A stretch of 64,000 nt of DNA from Candidatus Iainarchaeum sp. (GCA_017610175.1 JAFCCO010000001.1:1-64000), one strand, 5' to 3'; positions 47,556 through 61,247 are shown, numbered from the stretch's first letter. A program made the numbers and translations. Notes: generated by a model from the sequence alone, not told the origin.

Positions 47556-51448
<3,893 letters not shown>

Positions 51449-51460
51449 CCTTTTTTCACC

Positions 51461-53281
51461 TTAAGCCTTGTCTGTTATTCTTAGTTTTGGGAGTACTCCA
51501 AGTGCCTTGAGCTCGTCAAGCAAAAGTTTGAATCCGTAGCTCATTTCAACAGGGTATACTTTGCTTCCTCCGCAGAGTCCGCAGTATTTCCTGTTCCTTA
51601 TTTGGTCGTTTATTGCAATAATTCCGCATTTCTCGCACACAAGTTCTGTTACCTTGTCCGAGTCCTCGATAAACTTTTCGTGCAAAAGCATTGCTGCCCC
51701 GTGCCCTACAAGTGTTTCCCCTTCCATCTCTCCGAACCTTAGACCGCCCTCTTTTTCCTTTCCTTCGGTTGGCTGTCTTGTCAGTATCTGCACAGGCCCT
51801 CTTGATCTTGCCTGCATTTTGTGTGCAACAAGGTGGAACAGTCTCCTGTATGAGATAACGCCTGTGAAGATGGTTGCCTGAATCTTTTCGCCGGTTACTC
51901 CGTCATAAAAGACTTCCTTTCCGTCTCCTCTGAATCCGCGCTCTTCAAGCATTTTTTCAAGCTCTGCCTGCGGTGTTGAGCTGAATGGAGTTCCGTCTAC
52001 AATTTCTCCTTTTAAGCAGCCTGCTTTTCCGGCAAGCATTTCAAGCAAGTGCCCTATTGTCATTCTGCTTGGGATGCTGTGCGGGTTAATTATTAGGTCG
52101 GGTTTTATTCCCTCGGCTGTAAATGGCATGTCTACTTCAGGCGCAATTGCTCCAATTACTCCTTTCTGCCCGTGCCTTGAGCTGAATTTGTCTCCAACTT
52201 CCGGCTGCATTGTGCTTCTGATTTTAATCTTTGCAAGCATGTTTCCGTCTGCATTTTCTGTAACAACAACCTTGTCAACAACTCCGGGCTTTCCTTTTCT
52301 GGTTGTGACACTGCTTTCCCTTCTCTTTTCCTTAACTACGCCGAATTCTGAAATTTCCTCAAGGAATCTTGGGGGTGAGGTTCTGCCTATCACAATATCT
52401 TTTTCGTTGACTTGCTGTTCAAGCATCACGAGGCCGTCTGCACCAAGTTTCTTGTAGTACTCGTCTCCCAAATACCCTTCCGTTTCGTCGTTTGGTATCT
52501 CAAACTTATCTGTTTGCCCGCCTGGGTATCTCTGCTCGCTTGCCTCATACATTCTAAGGTAAGAGCTTCTTGCAAGCCCTCTTTGCACCGCTCCCTCGTT
52601 CAAAATAAGGGCATCGAGTGTGTTAAAGCCGTAGTATGGCATAATTGCAACAACAAAATTCTGCACCTGGGGCCTCTTGTCAAGCTCAAGCAGGTCCATT
52701 ATCTTTGTTTTGACAAGGTTTTTCTGCGGGTAGTGCAGTAAGTAGCCTTCGGTGTCTGTTCTCAAATTGTAGTTTGTTCCGCAGATTCCTATTGCCTGCT
52801 TGAACATTTTTGCCCCGTGCAGTGCCTTTCCCGCCATGTTGTGCTGCAGGTAAGGAATCATTGATGAAATTATGCTGAATATTCCTACTGCGTCAATTTC
52901 AAGGTGTGAGTGCTCTTTTGTGAGCTCGTCCTCACTAAGTGCGATTAGTGCGTTTTCCTCTTCCTCCGCATCAAGGTATTCGATTACCCCTTCTTTCAGG
53001 AGGTCTTCCCAGTGAAGCTTGCCCTCTTTTACTTTGTGGACCTGTTCTTCTGTGAGCTTTGACTTTCCGTTTTCAACAACCACAAGCGGCCTTTGCAATC
53101 GGCCTGCATCTGTGTTTATGTATAATTCGTTTGTGTCCTCGTGGAATGCAATGTTTACCTGCTTGTCAATTTTTCCGGTCCTTCTTGATTCCACAAGCTC
53201 TTGGTTAAGTTTTCCCGGCTGGTTGTGGAAACCTATAAGTCGTCCGTTAATGTAAATTTTTGCTTCTTTTTTTGCCGCCAT
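51461..53281 (-). CDS. rpoB1: RNA polymerase subunit Rpo2C (B')
   Basis: GDKFSSRHGQKG, NPH.IPSRMT, RQPTEG...GGLRFGEME, C-terminal zinc finger. Confidence 0.98.
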   Translation of the reverse strand: MAAKKEAKIYINGRLIGFHNQPGKLNQELVESRRTGKIDKQVNIAFHEDTNELYINTDAGRLQRPLVVVENGKSKLTEEQVHKVKEGKLHWEDLLKEGVIEYLDAEEEENALIALSEDELTKEHSHLEIDAVGIFSIISSMIPYLQHNMAGKALHGAKMFKQAIGICGTNYNLRTDTEGYLLHYPQKNLVKTKIMDLLELDKRPQVQNFVVAIMPYYGFNTLDALILNEGAVQRGLARSSYLRMYEASEQRYPGGQTDKFEIPNDETEGYLGDEYYKKLGADGLVMLEQQVNEKDIVIGRTSPPRFLEEISEFGVVKEKRRESSVTTRKGKPGVVDKVVVTENADGNMLAKIKIRSTMQPEVGDKFSSRHGQKGVIGAIAPEVDMPFTAEGIKPDLIINPHSIPSRMTIGHLLEMLAGKAGCLKGEIVDGTPFSSTPQAELEKMLEERGFRGDGKEVFYDGVTGEKIQATIFTGVISYRRLFHLVAHKMQARSRGPVQILTRQPTEGKEKEGGLRFGEMEGETLVGHGAAMLLHEKFIEDSDKVTELVCEKCGIIAINDQIRNRKYCGLCGGSKVYPVEMSYGFKLLLDELKALGVLPKLRITDKA

Positions 53282-53290
53282 TTAATTCAC

Positions 53291-54757
53291 CTAAAGTTTC
53301 CTCAGCTTAACGCCTTTCTTGTTAAGAATTTCCTCAATTGGCGTTTCGTCGGTTTCTGTTGTTACCTCTGCAAGCATTGCGAGGTTTTTAACAAGTCCGC
53401 ACTGCGGCCCGTCTGGGGTTTCGATTGGCCCAAGCCTTCCCCAGTGTGTTCCGTGCACGTCCCTTGCTTCGTAAAGTTCCCTGTTCTTGTTCAGCGGGCT
53501 TTTAACCTTTCTCATGTCCGAAAGCGGGCTTAAGTAGTTAACCCTGTCCATAAACTTGCTTACTCCGGTTGAACGCCCAATCCAGTTTCCTGTGCTCATG
53601 GCAAACTTGATTCTTTCGCTTACGGCTCCAGGCCTTACAATTGTGCTGATGTTAAGTTTTCTTCTTCTTGTAACTGTTCTGTCAATCTGGAACCTTAAGT
53701 CCTTTATGAAATATTTGAAGCTGTATCTGAAAAGGTGCTCCATGAGCTTTCCGCTCAATTCAAGCCTTTTGTTGCTGTAGTGGTCCTTGTCGTCCGCTTC
53801 CCTGATTCCGTACGACCTTTCAATTGCCTTTGTTGCCATCATGACAAGGTAGTATGCTTTTGCAAGCCTAAATTCCTTTGTCTGCCCGATGTGCGGGAGC
53901 AGGAAAGCGTCAATTACTTCCTGTGCCCTCTTAAGCCTGTAATCAATTATCTGGCCTGGGGCAACGAATTTTCCAATCTTGTCAAGGGCCTCTTCCTCTG
54001 TTTTTACAAGGGTGTTTTCCCAGTTTACAAGAATATCGTTATGAACCTCTATTTCGTCAGGGAAAGCGCTCTGAATGTCCTTAATGCTCTTAAGCCCCAA
54101 GGCTTTTAGCAAAACAAACAGCATTAATTTTCTTGGGGAAGCAGGGAATGTAACGTTAAGAATTCCGTCATCCCTTCTTGAAACCCTTACTCGTCCCTTG
54201 AATGCTCCTTTTGTGGAAATTACCTCTGAAGCAACTCCCTTTACTTCCTTTGCAATCAGGACACGGTCAGATGCAAGAACTTCCTGAGTCATCAGGATTT
54301 TCTCCGAACCGTTTATGATAAAGTATCCGCCAACATCCATTGGGTCTTCACCAACTTCAATAAGCTCTTCATTTGATAATCCATTAAGCCAGCAAAGGTC
54401 GCTTTTGAGCATTAGTGGCATTTCCCCAATGCACGCTCTCCTAATGTCCTGCTCAACATCCCGCCTAAGCAGCCTCATTGTAATCCAGATGTCTCCGGCA
54501 TAGGTTCTGTTCCTAATCCTTGCTTCCATCGGGAAAATCATATCGCGCGGGGAGCCGTCGGCTTCTCTTATGCTTGGCTTTCTGATTTCAATGTCAGACA
54601 ATTCGATTTTAACTTCTTCAATTTTTGGGATTATTTCGTCGTTTTCTTCAACGATTTCCGGGAGCTTTTTTTCGATGAACTGGTTGAATGAGTCTATCTC
54701 CATTTGTGCAAAATCCTTGTCATGGAAATAGCTTTCAATTAATGGCCAACGATCCAA
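53291..54757 (-). CDS. rpoB2: RNA polymerase subunit Rpo2N (B'')
   Basis: SFN.F, PMEAR.RN.TY, GED..D.GGYFIINGSE, DKDHY.NKRL, CGLVKNLA. Confidence 0.97.
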   Translation of the reverse strand: MDRWPLIESYFHDKDFAQMEIDSFNQFIEKKLPEIVEENDEIIPKIEEVKIELSDIEIRKPSIREADGSPRDMIFPMEARIRNRTYAGDIWITMRLLRRDVEQDIRRACIGEMPLMLKSDLCWLNGLSNEELIEVGEDPMDVGGYFIINGSEKILMTQEVLASDRVLIAKEVKGVASEVISTKGAFKGRVRVSRRDDGILNVTFPASPRKLMLFVLLKALGLKSIKDIQSAFPDEIEVHNDILVNWENTLVKTEEEALDKIGKFVAPGQIIDYRLKRAQEVIDAFLLPHIGQTKEFRLAKAYYLVMMATKAIERSYGIREADDKDHYSNKRLELSGKLMEHLFRYSFKYFIKDLRFQIDRTVTRRRKLNISTIVRPGAVSERIKFAMSTGNWIGRSTGVSKFMDRVNYLSPLSDMRKVKSPLNKNRELYEARDVHGTHWGRLGPIETPDGPQCGLVKNLAMLAEVTTETDETPIEEILNKKGVKLRKL

Positions 54758-54773
54758 AAAAACTCAACCCCTT

Positions 54774-55004
54774 TTACCCTACAACCCTGTAGTAAATTGT
54801 TTTTCCCGCAGTCTGCGAGTTTCTTACAATCTTTACGATGTCGCCCCTCAAGGGCTTAAATTCCTTTATTGCAGGATCAGTTTTCGAAATAACCGGAAGC
54901 TGACCCGCTGTTATTACAAGTTCAGCGAGAATTTTTTCAGCCTGCTCTTTGGGAAGCAAATAATGCTTTGGAACCAAAAAATGGTCGTTTATCGAGAAAA
55001 CCAA
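54774..55004 (-). CDS. rpoH: RNA polymerase subunit Rpo5 (H)
   Basis: H.LVPKH, LP.I...DPA, GD..KI.R.S.TAG...YYR.V; TTG start after GGGTG (alternative GTG at 55016). Confidence 0.96.
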   Translation of the reverse strand: MVFSINDHFLVPKHYLLPKEQAEKILAELVITAGQLPVISKTDPAIKEFKPLRGDIVKIVRNSQTAGKTIYYRVVG

Positions 55005-55031
55005 GAATACACCCACTATCTAAATTAAAAA

Positions 55032-55136
55032 TGGCGATTTTTAATGCAAAAACGTGATTGGACAGGTAATCTCAACCATTTAAGTTTCAATTTAAGGCAT
55101 CAACTTAAAACAATCACGCGCATTAAAAAATCGCCA
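55032..55136 (-). ncRNA. Candidate structured RNA/leader upstream of the RNA polymerase operon
   Basis: TGGCGATTTTTTAATGC/GCATTAAAAATCGCCA plus CGTGATTG/CAATCACG stems enclosing TTTAAGTT/AACTTAAA; TATA-like element about 25 nt upstream; T-run downstream. Confidence 0.5.
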
Positions 55137-55192
55137 CAAATACCTCTACTCAAGAGATTGTATTTAATATAATCTAAATCATAGAAAGCTTT

Positions 55193-55774
55193 TTAATGCT
55201 TTCTTGAACTTGGCTGTTTTCCCGCCCTTTTCTTCATCAATTCCTCAAAAAGGACCCTGGTTTCGGGGAGTTCAAGCCTTGCGTCGGCATATTCGTAGAA
55301 TTCCTCAAGGCTTAGCTCAAAGTTTCCCTTCTCCTCATACTCAACTGCCTGAAGGATTGCCTCAAGGCGGTCTAGCTCGTAAACAAGTTTTGCCTCTTTG
55401 CTTTCGCGGGCCTCATACTCTTCCCAAAGGGCTCTAATTTCTGAAGCGGTTTTTTCGTCAAGCATTCCACACAATTCATCCAACGCCTTTTCCTCGCGCT
55501 CTTTCTTTTCGTGGTTTGTGATTTTCTGCAGCTCTTCCTTAATTCTTGTGGCAACATCGCCGCAGATTGATTCAGGCAAGTCGTGCACCACGGCAAGCTT
55601 TACCGCCTTGCTTTCATCAAGCCCCATTTTCTTTGCAAAAGTGAGGGCCATTACGCTCAGCCTGAAAGAGTGCTCGGCAACGCTCTCCGCATTTTTAACG
55701 CCGCGGTCAACCCAGCCGCATCTCTTCTCTTCCTTGAGCTTTCCAACAGTTTGAAAAAATTTAATCAGGTCCAT
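55193..55774 (-). CDS. HD-domain phosphohydrolase (YfbR/HDDC2-like)
   Basis: LK...R.GW, ESVAEHS, HDLPE, GD, W.EYE, D.LE. Confidence 0.93.
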   Translation of the reverse strand: MDLIKFFQTVGKLKEEKRCGWVDRGVKNAESVAEHSFRLSVMALTFAKKMGLDESKAVKLAVVHDLPESICGDVATRIKEELQKITNHEKKEREEKALDELCGMLDEKTASEIRALWEEYEARESKEAKLVYELDRLEAILQAVEYEEKGNFELSLEEFYEYADARLELPETRVLFEELMKKRAGKQPSSRKH

Positions 55775-55829
55775 TTAAGCAACTTCGATTGTTTTATATA
55801 TATATTAATCTATTAAAAGAAATGATTAT

Positions 55830-56900
55830 ATGGCTGAACCTTTTTTGGAAATTCTTTCACAGACCTATTTCGGGAACACTTTGCTGCAGTATGTTTATTT
55901 CCTGCTCACAATTGTCGTTTCATTTCTGGCGGGGAAAGTTGTCAGCTTTGTTATAAAGAACCATTTGCGAAGGCTAACCGAAAAGACAAAGACTGACGCA
56001 GATGACTTGCTGCTTGATATTATTGAAAAGCCAATTTGGATTATTGTTTTAATTGCGGGATTTGCGCTTGGCTTTCAGTTCCTTTCGGTCTCCCCTGAAA
56101 TTGGGTTCTTTTACTACAACACAATCAACGTTTTAACCGTTGTTGTGGTCACATGGGTGCTAATCAATTTTGTTGACAAGTTCATCCAGAGAATTCTCAA
56201 GCCGATTGTGAGCAAAACCGATTCAAAGCTTGACGACCAGCTCATTCCGGTTCTGTCAAAGATTACAAAGATTGCAATCCTGGTTCTTGCTCTGATAATT
56301 GTGGTAAGCAACTTTGGCTACGATGTCACCGCCCTTGTTGCCGGTCTTGGAATCGGTGGTCTTGCAATTGCGTTTGCAGCGCAGGAAACAATCTCCGACA
56401 TCTTCGGCGGTTTCTCAATTTTCACATCAAAGCCGTTTGTTGTGGGGGATTCAATCCAAATGGGTGATACGGTTGGGGAAGTAATAGAGGTTGGGCTAAG
56501 GCACACAAGAATCAGAAACCTTGACAAGAGAATTGTAATCGTTCCAAACAGTCAGGTTGCAAAAAGCGTGATAATTAACATTACTTCCGCCCCGCAAAGG
56601 AAATGCGTTTGGCATTTGGGTGTTACATATGACACAACGATTGCAAAGATTGGGAATGCAAAGAAGATTATTGTGGACGCAATCAACGCACATCCTGAGT
56701 GCGAGGACGACCCCATCGTTGAGTTTGAGGGGTTTGCCGACTCATCCCTTACAATTCTTGTGATTTTTTACACCAAGGAAAATGACTTTGGGCAGTTTGT
56801 TCGCGTGCGGGACTCAATTGGAATGCGAATAAAGAAAGAGTTTGAAAAGGCCAAGATAGAGTTTGCCTTCCCGACCCAGACAATTCATTTGGCAAAATAG
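55830..56900 (+). CDS. mscS: Small-conductance mechanosensitive channel
   Basis: AGLGIGGLAIAFAAQET, KPF.VGD, G.V.E.GLR.T, VPN, FADSS, IEFAFPTQT. Confidence 0.96.
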   Translation: MAEPFLEILSQTYFGNTLLQYVYFLLTIVVSFLAGKVVSFVIKNHLRRLTEKTKTDADDLLLDIIEKPIWIIVLIAGFALGFQFLSVSPEIGFFYYNTINVLTVVVVTWVLINFVDKFIQRILKPIVSKTDSKLDDQLIPVLSKITKIAILVLALIIVVSNFGYDVTALVAGLGIGGLAIAFAAQETISDIFGGFSIFTSKPFVVGDSIQMGDTVGEVIEVGLRHTRIRNLDKRIVIVPNSQVAKSVIINITSAPQRKCVWHLGVTYDTTIAKIGNAKKIIVDAINAHPECEDDPIVEFEGFADSSLTILVIFYTKENDFGQFVRVRDSIGMRIKKEFEKAKIEFAFPTQTIHLAK

Positions 56901-57116
56901 TCAGGCCTCAATATCTATGCCGCCGCGCTTTTTCGCTTCTTCAGCCCTTCTTTTAAGGTCTTCAGCGCGTTTAGCCTGCCGTTTTGCCAGCTGCTCTGCG
57001 GCCTCCTGCTCAGGGGTTTTTTTGCGAATTTTCTGAACCCTTTCAACAGGGGGAACCCTCTGTCCGATTCCAAGGGCTTTTGCAAGCCTTCTTCCAATGC
57101 GTGAAATGCGTGGCAT
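56901..57116 (-). CDS. Small basic hypothetical protein (71 aa)
   Basis: MPRISRIGRR...; stop abuts the mscS stop; TTAAAA about 25 nt upstream. Confidence 0.6.
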   Translation of the reverse strand: MPRISRIGRRLAKALGIGQRVPPVERVQKIRKKTPEQEAAEQLAKRQAKRAEDLKRRAEEAKKRGGIDIEA

Positions 57117-57198
57117 AGTAGGCTATTGTTTTTCCCTGTTTTTAAGATTTTGCCAGCCGGCAAAAGCCTTTTATCCAAAGAAGCACTTATTTAGTTGA

Positions 57199-58137
57199 AT
57201 GGTTTTTTGGGCGATAGCGGTCTTTTTAGCCAGTGCTGCACTTATTGTCACAAGCAGCAAGTGGGTTGTGGACAATTCCCTTGGGTTAAGCAAGATTATC
57301 GGGGTTTCCACTTTTGCAATAGGCTTCATTATTCTTTCAATCTCAACTTCTCTCCCTGAACTCGCTGTTGCGCTGTTTTCATCGCTTGGAGGCACGCCCC
57401 AGCTTTCGCTTGGCACCATTTTTGGATCAAATGTTACAAACTTCACTTTGATTATTGCGGCAGTTGTCTTTTTTGGCGGGGAGATTTACCTCAAAAGCAA
57501 GGTTGTTCGTGAACTGCTTGAACTGCTTTTGATTACAACAATAGTTACTCTCTTTATTTTCTTCCAGGCAAGCATAACCTTTGTTCACGGGATAGTTTTC
57601 CTCGCATTCTTTGCACTGCTTGTGCGGCGCCTGTACAAGAAGGGCAGAATTCCTCCGGTGCTTATAAACGACTCCAAGCGCGGCAAGAAAAATGTTGCAG
57701 CAATGCTTCTCGCAGGCCTTGCAACTCTTGTTGCCGCAAGCTATTTCCTTGTTTCAAGCGCGGTGCAAATCTCCTCCACTCTCGGAATCGCGCAGACGGT
57801 TTTTGGGGCTGTTGCAATTGCGCTAAGCACCTCTCTCCCCGAGTTAAGTGTTGAAATCCGTGCAATAAAGCAAAAGGAGTATGCACTTGCAATGGGTGAC
57901 CTTTTTGGCTCGGCTGTTGCAAACATTACGCTTGTTCTTGGCTCGCTGATAATAATCAGCCCTGTTCCGCTTGACCCAAGCCCCTTGCTTGGAGCGGTTT
58001 TTGTTGTTCTGGCTGCGATGGCATTAATCTGGCTTTTTTTTGTGCGCAGGGGCAAGATTGGAAAAAAGGAAGCAGCATTGCTGTTCCTGCTTTACGCTGT
58101 GTTCGTGATTTACGAGCTTGGTTTTGTAATGCTGTAA
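57199..58137 (+). CDS. Cation/Ca2+ antiporter (CaCA, YrbG-like)
   Basis: Two STSLPEL...GS.V.N alpha repeats; about 10 TM segments. Confidence 0.94.
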   Translation: MVFWAIAVFLASAALIVTSSKWVVDNSLGLSKIIGVSTFAIGFIILSISTSLPELAVALFSSLGGTPQLSLGTIFGSNVTNFTLIIAAVVFFGGEIYLKSKVVRELLELLLITTIVTLFIFFQASITFVHGIVFLAFFALLVRRLYKKGRIPPVLINDSKRGKKNVAAMLLAGLATLVAASYFLVSSAVQISSTLGIAQTVFGAVAIALSTSLPELSVEIRAIKQKEYALAMGDLFGSAVANITLVLGSLIIISPVPLDPSPLLGAVFVVLAAMALIWLFFVRRGKIGKKEAALLFLLYAVFVIYELGFVML

Positions 58138-58170
58138 AAAAAAAGAAAAAGGGGGAGAAAGTAAAAAAAC

Positions 58171-58842
58171 TTACTTTCTCATAATGAAGAATGCCGCCGC
58201 CCCAAGAACAATAACCACAACTGCAACGCCTACAATTATTGTTGTTGTGTCGGCATCAAACGAGCCTGTGCTTGCCGTTGTGGTTTCAACGAATGCTTCC
58301 TCTGGAAGACCCAGAACGTCAAACTTCACAAAGCCGTCTTCCTGCTCCTCGCCGCCCTCTTGCTTTACAAGGGTTCCGGGAAGCCTCACAAGATAGTTGT
58401 ATTCAAAGCCCATCATTTTGAGCTGTGCCAACTGTTCTGAACCCTCTGGAAGCTGTTCAGCCGACTCGGTTTGGTTTACTGACTCAAGCGCTTTCTTGAC
58501 ATCGATTCTGAATGTATCCCCATCAATTGTAATGGCTTCGGAATTGCTTCTGTCAAGTGTTCCGCTCAGGCTAAGCACCTTATCCTCAAATGTGCAAGTT
58601 ATGTTAGTCAGCTGAAGCGGGGAATCACCTGCCTGCATTTCCTCTGTCATTCCATCGCATGGATTTTCTTCCGCCATGTTTACTTCGGAGTCAGGGTCAT
58701 CCGGAATTGCTGACAAATCCATGATGAGTGACATGTCGGACATTCCGTTTGCCTTAATGTCCTCTTTTATTTCAATCTTAACGCAGCCGGAAAATACCAC
58801 TAATGCAATTAACAGCCCGGCAAGCAAAAATTTCTTATCCAA
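58171..58842 (-). CDS. Putative lipoprotein with additional C-terminal TM anchor
   Basis: Lipobox VFSGC; acidic body; LPG motif; T/S linker, TM helix, MRK tail. Confidence 0.8.
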   Translation of the reverse strand: MDKKFLLAGLLIALVVFSGCVKIEIKEDIKANGMSDMSLIMDLSAIPDDPDSEVNMAEENPCDGMTEEMQAGDSPLQLTNITCTFEDKVLSLSGTLDRSNSEAITIDGDTFRIDVKKALESVNQTESAEQLPEGSEQLAQLKMMGFEYNYLVRLPGTLVKQEGGEEQEDGFVKFDVLGLPEEAFVETTTASTGSFDADTTTIIVGVAVVVIVLGAAAFFIMRK

Positions 58843-59053
58843 ATTAATTCACCTCACAAATAAATTTACTGTAATCAAAAGGCGTTAACTGTATTTAAAT
58901 GTTGGTTAAGAAAGAGAGCGTCCCAACCTGCTCTGTTATTATTGTTATTATTATTATATTTTTATTATGCACAAGAAAAAACGAAACAAAACAAAAAACA
59001 GAAAAACAAAATACTGAAGATAATCTAATTTATCCTAAATAGAAAATATTAAG

Positions 59054-59125
59054 CGCCCTAGCCGGGAATCGAACCCGAGTCACAGCCTCGACAGGGCCGT
59101 ATCCTAACCTCTAGACTACTAGGGC
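59054..59125 (-). tRNA. tRNA-Asp(GTC), no intron, CCA not encoded
   Basis: GCCCTAG/CTAGGGC acceptor stem, CGGCC-CTGTCGA-GGCTG anticodon arm, TTCGATT T-loop. Confidence 0.96.
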
Positions 59126-59180
59126 AAAAAATTCGTTTTACCTAATTCAATTGGGGGCAGCAAGGTTTAAAAAACTAAAT

Positions 59181-59909
59181 TCATGGCGTCTCTGCGACAA
59201 AGTAAAGCTCTTCACTGCTGCGGGAGGGTTCTCCAAATACCGCATCAAAGACGCGCACGTTCACAAAGCCTGCCTTTGAAAGGTTTTTTGTGACAATTGC
59301 CCGTGTGTAAGGCCTTTGCGCAACGGTTTCCTCTGTTCGCTTGAACCGCTCCCTTCCAAGCGCCGTGAAAACGGACATTTTGATTTCAAGCATTCCTTTG
59401 CGAAAAAAGTTTTCCCACACAAAAAAGTTTTTTCCAACGCGCCCGGCATACGGTTCCTCAAGCGAAATGTGCTGCATGTACTTCTTTGTGTAAATTTGGA
59501 AAATGAACTTTCCTTTTTTTCCAAGCAAATGGTGTACTGAAGAAAAGGCCTGAAGCAGGTTTTTTTCTTTCAGCAGGTGGTTTAGGCAGTCCCCGCTCAC
59601 AACAACGTCAAATTTTTCCTTTTCCTTGAAGCACTCGATTTTGCTGCATTCAAATTTAACTTTCAGCCCTGCTTTTGTTGCCTTCTTCTTTGCGATTGCA
59701 AGCATTTCTTTTGAGGAGTCAACCCCCTTAATCTGGAAACCGTGCCACGCAAGGGGGATTGTGTACTTTCCGGTTCCGCATCCAATGTCAAGAACCCTTG
59801 CATTCTTCTTTCTTGCAAACTTTTTTACAAATGAAAGAAAACGAATAGACGGGTCAATGGCTTCGTCGTAAACCAATGCAAAGCTTTTGTACAAATTTGG
59901 CTTGCCCAT
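59181..59909 (-). CDS. Class I SAM-dependent methyltransferase
   Basis: FA.VYD, VLDIGCGTG, GVDSS.EML, FDVV...D.LNH. Confidence 0.92.
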   Translation of the reverse strand: MGKPNLYKSFALVYDEAIDPSIRFLSFVKKFARKKNARVLDIGCGTGKYTIPLAWHGFQIKGVDSSKEMLAIAKKKATKAGLKVKFECSKIECFKEKEKFDVVVSGDCLNHLLKEKNLLQAFSSVHHLLGKKGKFIFQIYTKKYMQHISLEEPYAGRVGKNFFVWENFFRKGMLEIKMSVFTALGRERFKRTEETVAQRPYTRAIVTKNLSKAGFVNVRVFDAVFGEPSRSSEELYFVAETP

Positions 59910-59997
59910 TCAAATCTCGAAGCAGAACGATTTTATTAATCCTTTCACTTGCCGGGTTTTTGGGAGATTTAAAAGAAGTTTTGTGCATGTATTGTGC

Positions 59998-60543
59998 ATG
60001 GAAAAAGGCTTGCTCACGGCTTTTTCTGCGGCTATTTTGTTTGTTTTATTAGCCGGCTGTGTGGGTGGGCTGTCAACCGGGGTTAAGCCATTGAATGGAG
60101 GGAGTTTAATGAAAATTGAAAGTACCGATTTTAAGACGGGGGCAGCAATTCCAGCAGAATTTACGTGTGACGGGCAGAACCTGAATCCGGAGCTTCATTG
60201 GGAGGGAGCCCCTGCAGAAACAAAGAGCTTTGCGCTTACCGTGCGCGATCCGGATGCCCCAAGTGGAACTTTTGACCACTGGCTGGTGTGCAACATTCCT
60301 GCAGGCGTTTCATCGATTGCAAAGGAAGCGGGTGCTCCAGCCGGCTCAAAGCAGGTTCCAAACGATTTTGGAAAGCAGGATTATGGAGGCCCGTGCCCGC
60401 CAAGCGGAACACACAGGTATTTTTTCAGGCTTTACGCGCTTAGCGTTGAATCAATTGACTGCTCAAATAAAGACGAGCTTTTTGTTGCACTTTCGAAGAA
60501 CAAGATTGCTGAAGCGGAATTGATGGGAACTTTTGCACGCTAG
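59998..60543 (+). CDS. YbhB/YbcL (PEBP/RKIP) family lipoprotein
   Basis: LAGC lipobox; TCDG.N..P.L.W, DPDAP.G.F.HW, Y.GPCPPSG.HRY. Confidence 0.93.
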   Translation: MEKGLLTAFSAAILFVLLAGCVGGLSTGVKPLNGGSLMKIESTDFKTGAAIPAEFTCDGQNLNPELHWEGAPAETKSFALTVRDPDAPSGTFDHWLVCNIPAGVSSIAKEAGAPAGSKQVPNDFGKQDYGGPCPPSGTHRYFFRLYALSVESIDCSNKDELFVALSKNKIAEAELMGTFAR

Positions 60544-61247
60544 TAGCCTGCAAAGTTTTCAAGCACAATGCGTTCCTTTGGAATGAAGAGTTCTTCCACT
60601 GCAATTTTTTCCATTACTTCGTTGAACTTTGGCGGGCCCACAATGTAGAAGATTGTGTCCTCCAGGTCGCCTGAATAGTTCTTAACCATTTCTGCAGTAA
60701 TAAAACCGGTTTCTCCCTTCCACTGCGCTTTCTCTTCATTGGTTAGGTTGGTTAGTGTATTGATTACTTTCAGGCTCACAATTTTTTTCTCAAGCTCGTC
60801 AAGCTCTTTTCTGAAAACAATTCTTTCCTCGTTTCTGTTGCTGTAGAACAGAACCATTCCGTGCTCTTCTCCCTCATCCGCAACATACTCAAGCATGCTT
60901 CTAACGGGGGTTAGCCCAATTCCGCCTGTGAGGAAAACAATTTTTGAATCCCCTGCCTTTTTCAGCGTGAATTCACCCATTGGCTGGGGCAATTCAAATT
61001 CGTGCCCTGGCTTAAGTGAGTTGAGCGCCTGCTTGTAGTCTGAGTCGGAGATTATTGTTGTGAACTCCACATTTTCTCTCGTTGGGGAATTTGAGAAAGA
61101 AAAGTGCTTTGTGAACTTTTTTCCATCCAACTCAAAGTTGAAGAAACAGAACTGGCCTGCAATAAATTCAATTTTTTTCTCAGGCTGCAGTATGAATGTC
61201 TTAATTCCCGGTGACTCCTCTCTTTTTTCCACAAGAGCTGCTTTCAT
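60540..61247 (-). CDS. FNR-like FAD/NAD(P)-binding oxidoreductase
   Basis: F.AGQ, HFSFS, P.GEF, GGIGLTP, YSNR, GPP, ENFAGY. Confidence 0.92.
   Translation of the reverse strand: MKAALVEKREESPGIKTFILQPEKKIEFIAGQFCFFNFELDGKKFTKHFSFSNSPTRENVEFTTIISDSDYKQALNSLKPGHEFELPQPMGEFTLKKAGDSKIVFLTGGIGLTPVRSMLEYVADEGEEHGMVLFYSNRNEERIVFRKELDELEKKIVSLKVINTLTNLTNEEKAQWKGETGFITAEMVKNYSGDLEDTIFYIVGPPKFNEVMEKIAVEELFIPKERIVLENFAGY

Noticed and set aside
55032-55136. Hairpin upstream of rpoH as 5S rRNA, SRP RNA or a second attC
   Set aside because: It lacks recognisable 5S/SRP motifs and AAC/GTT core sites; kept only as an unknown structured element.
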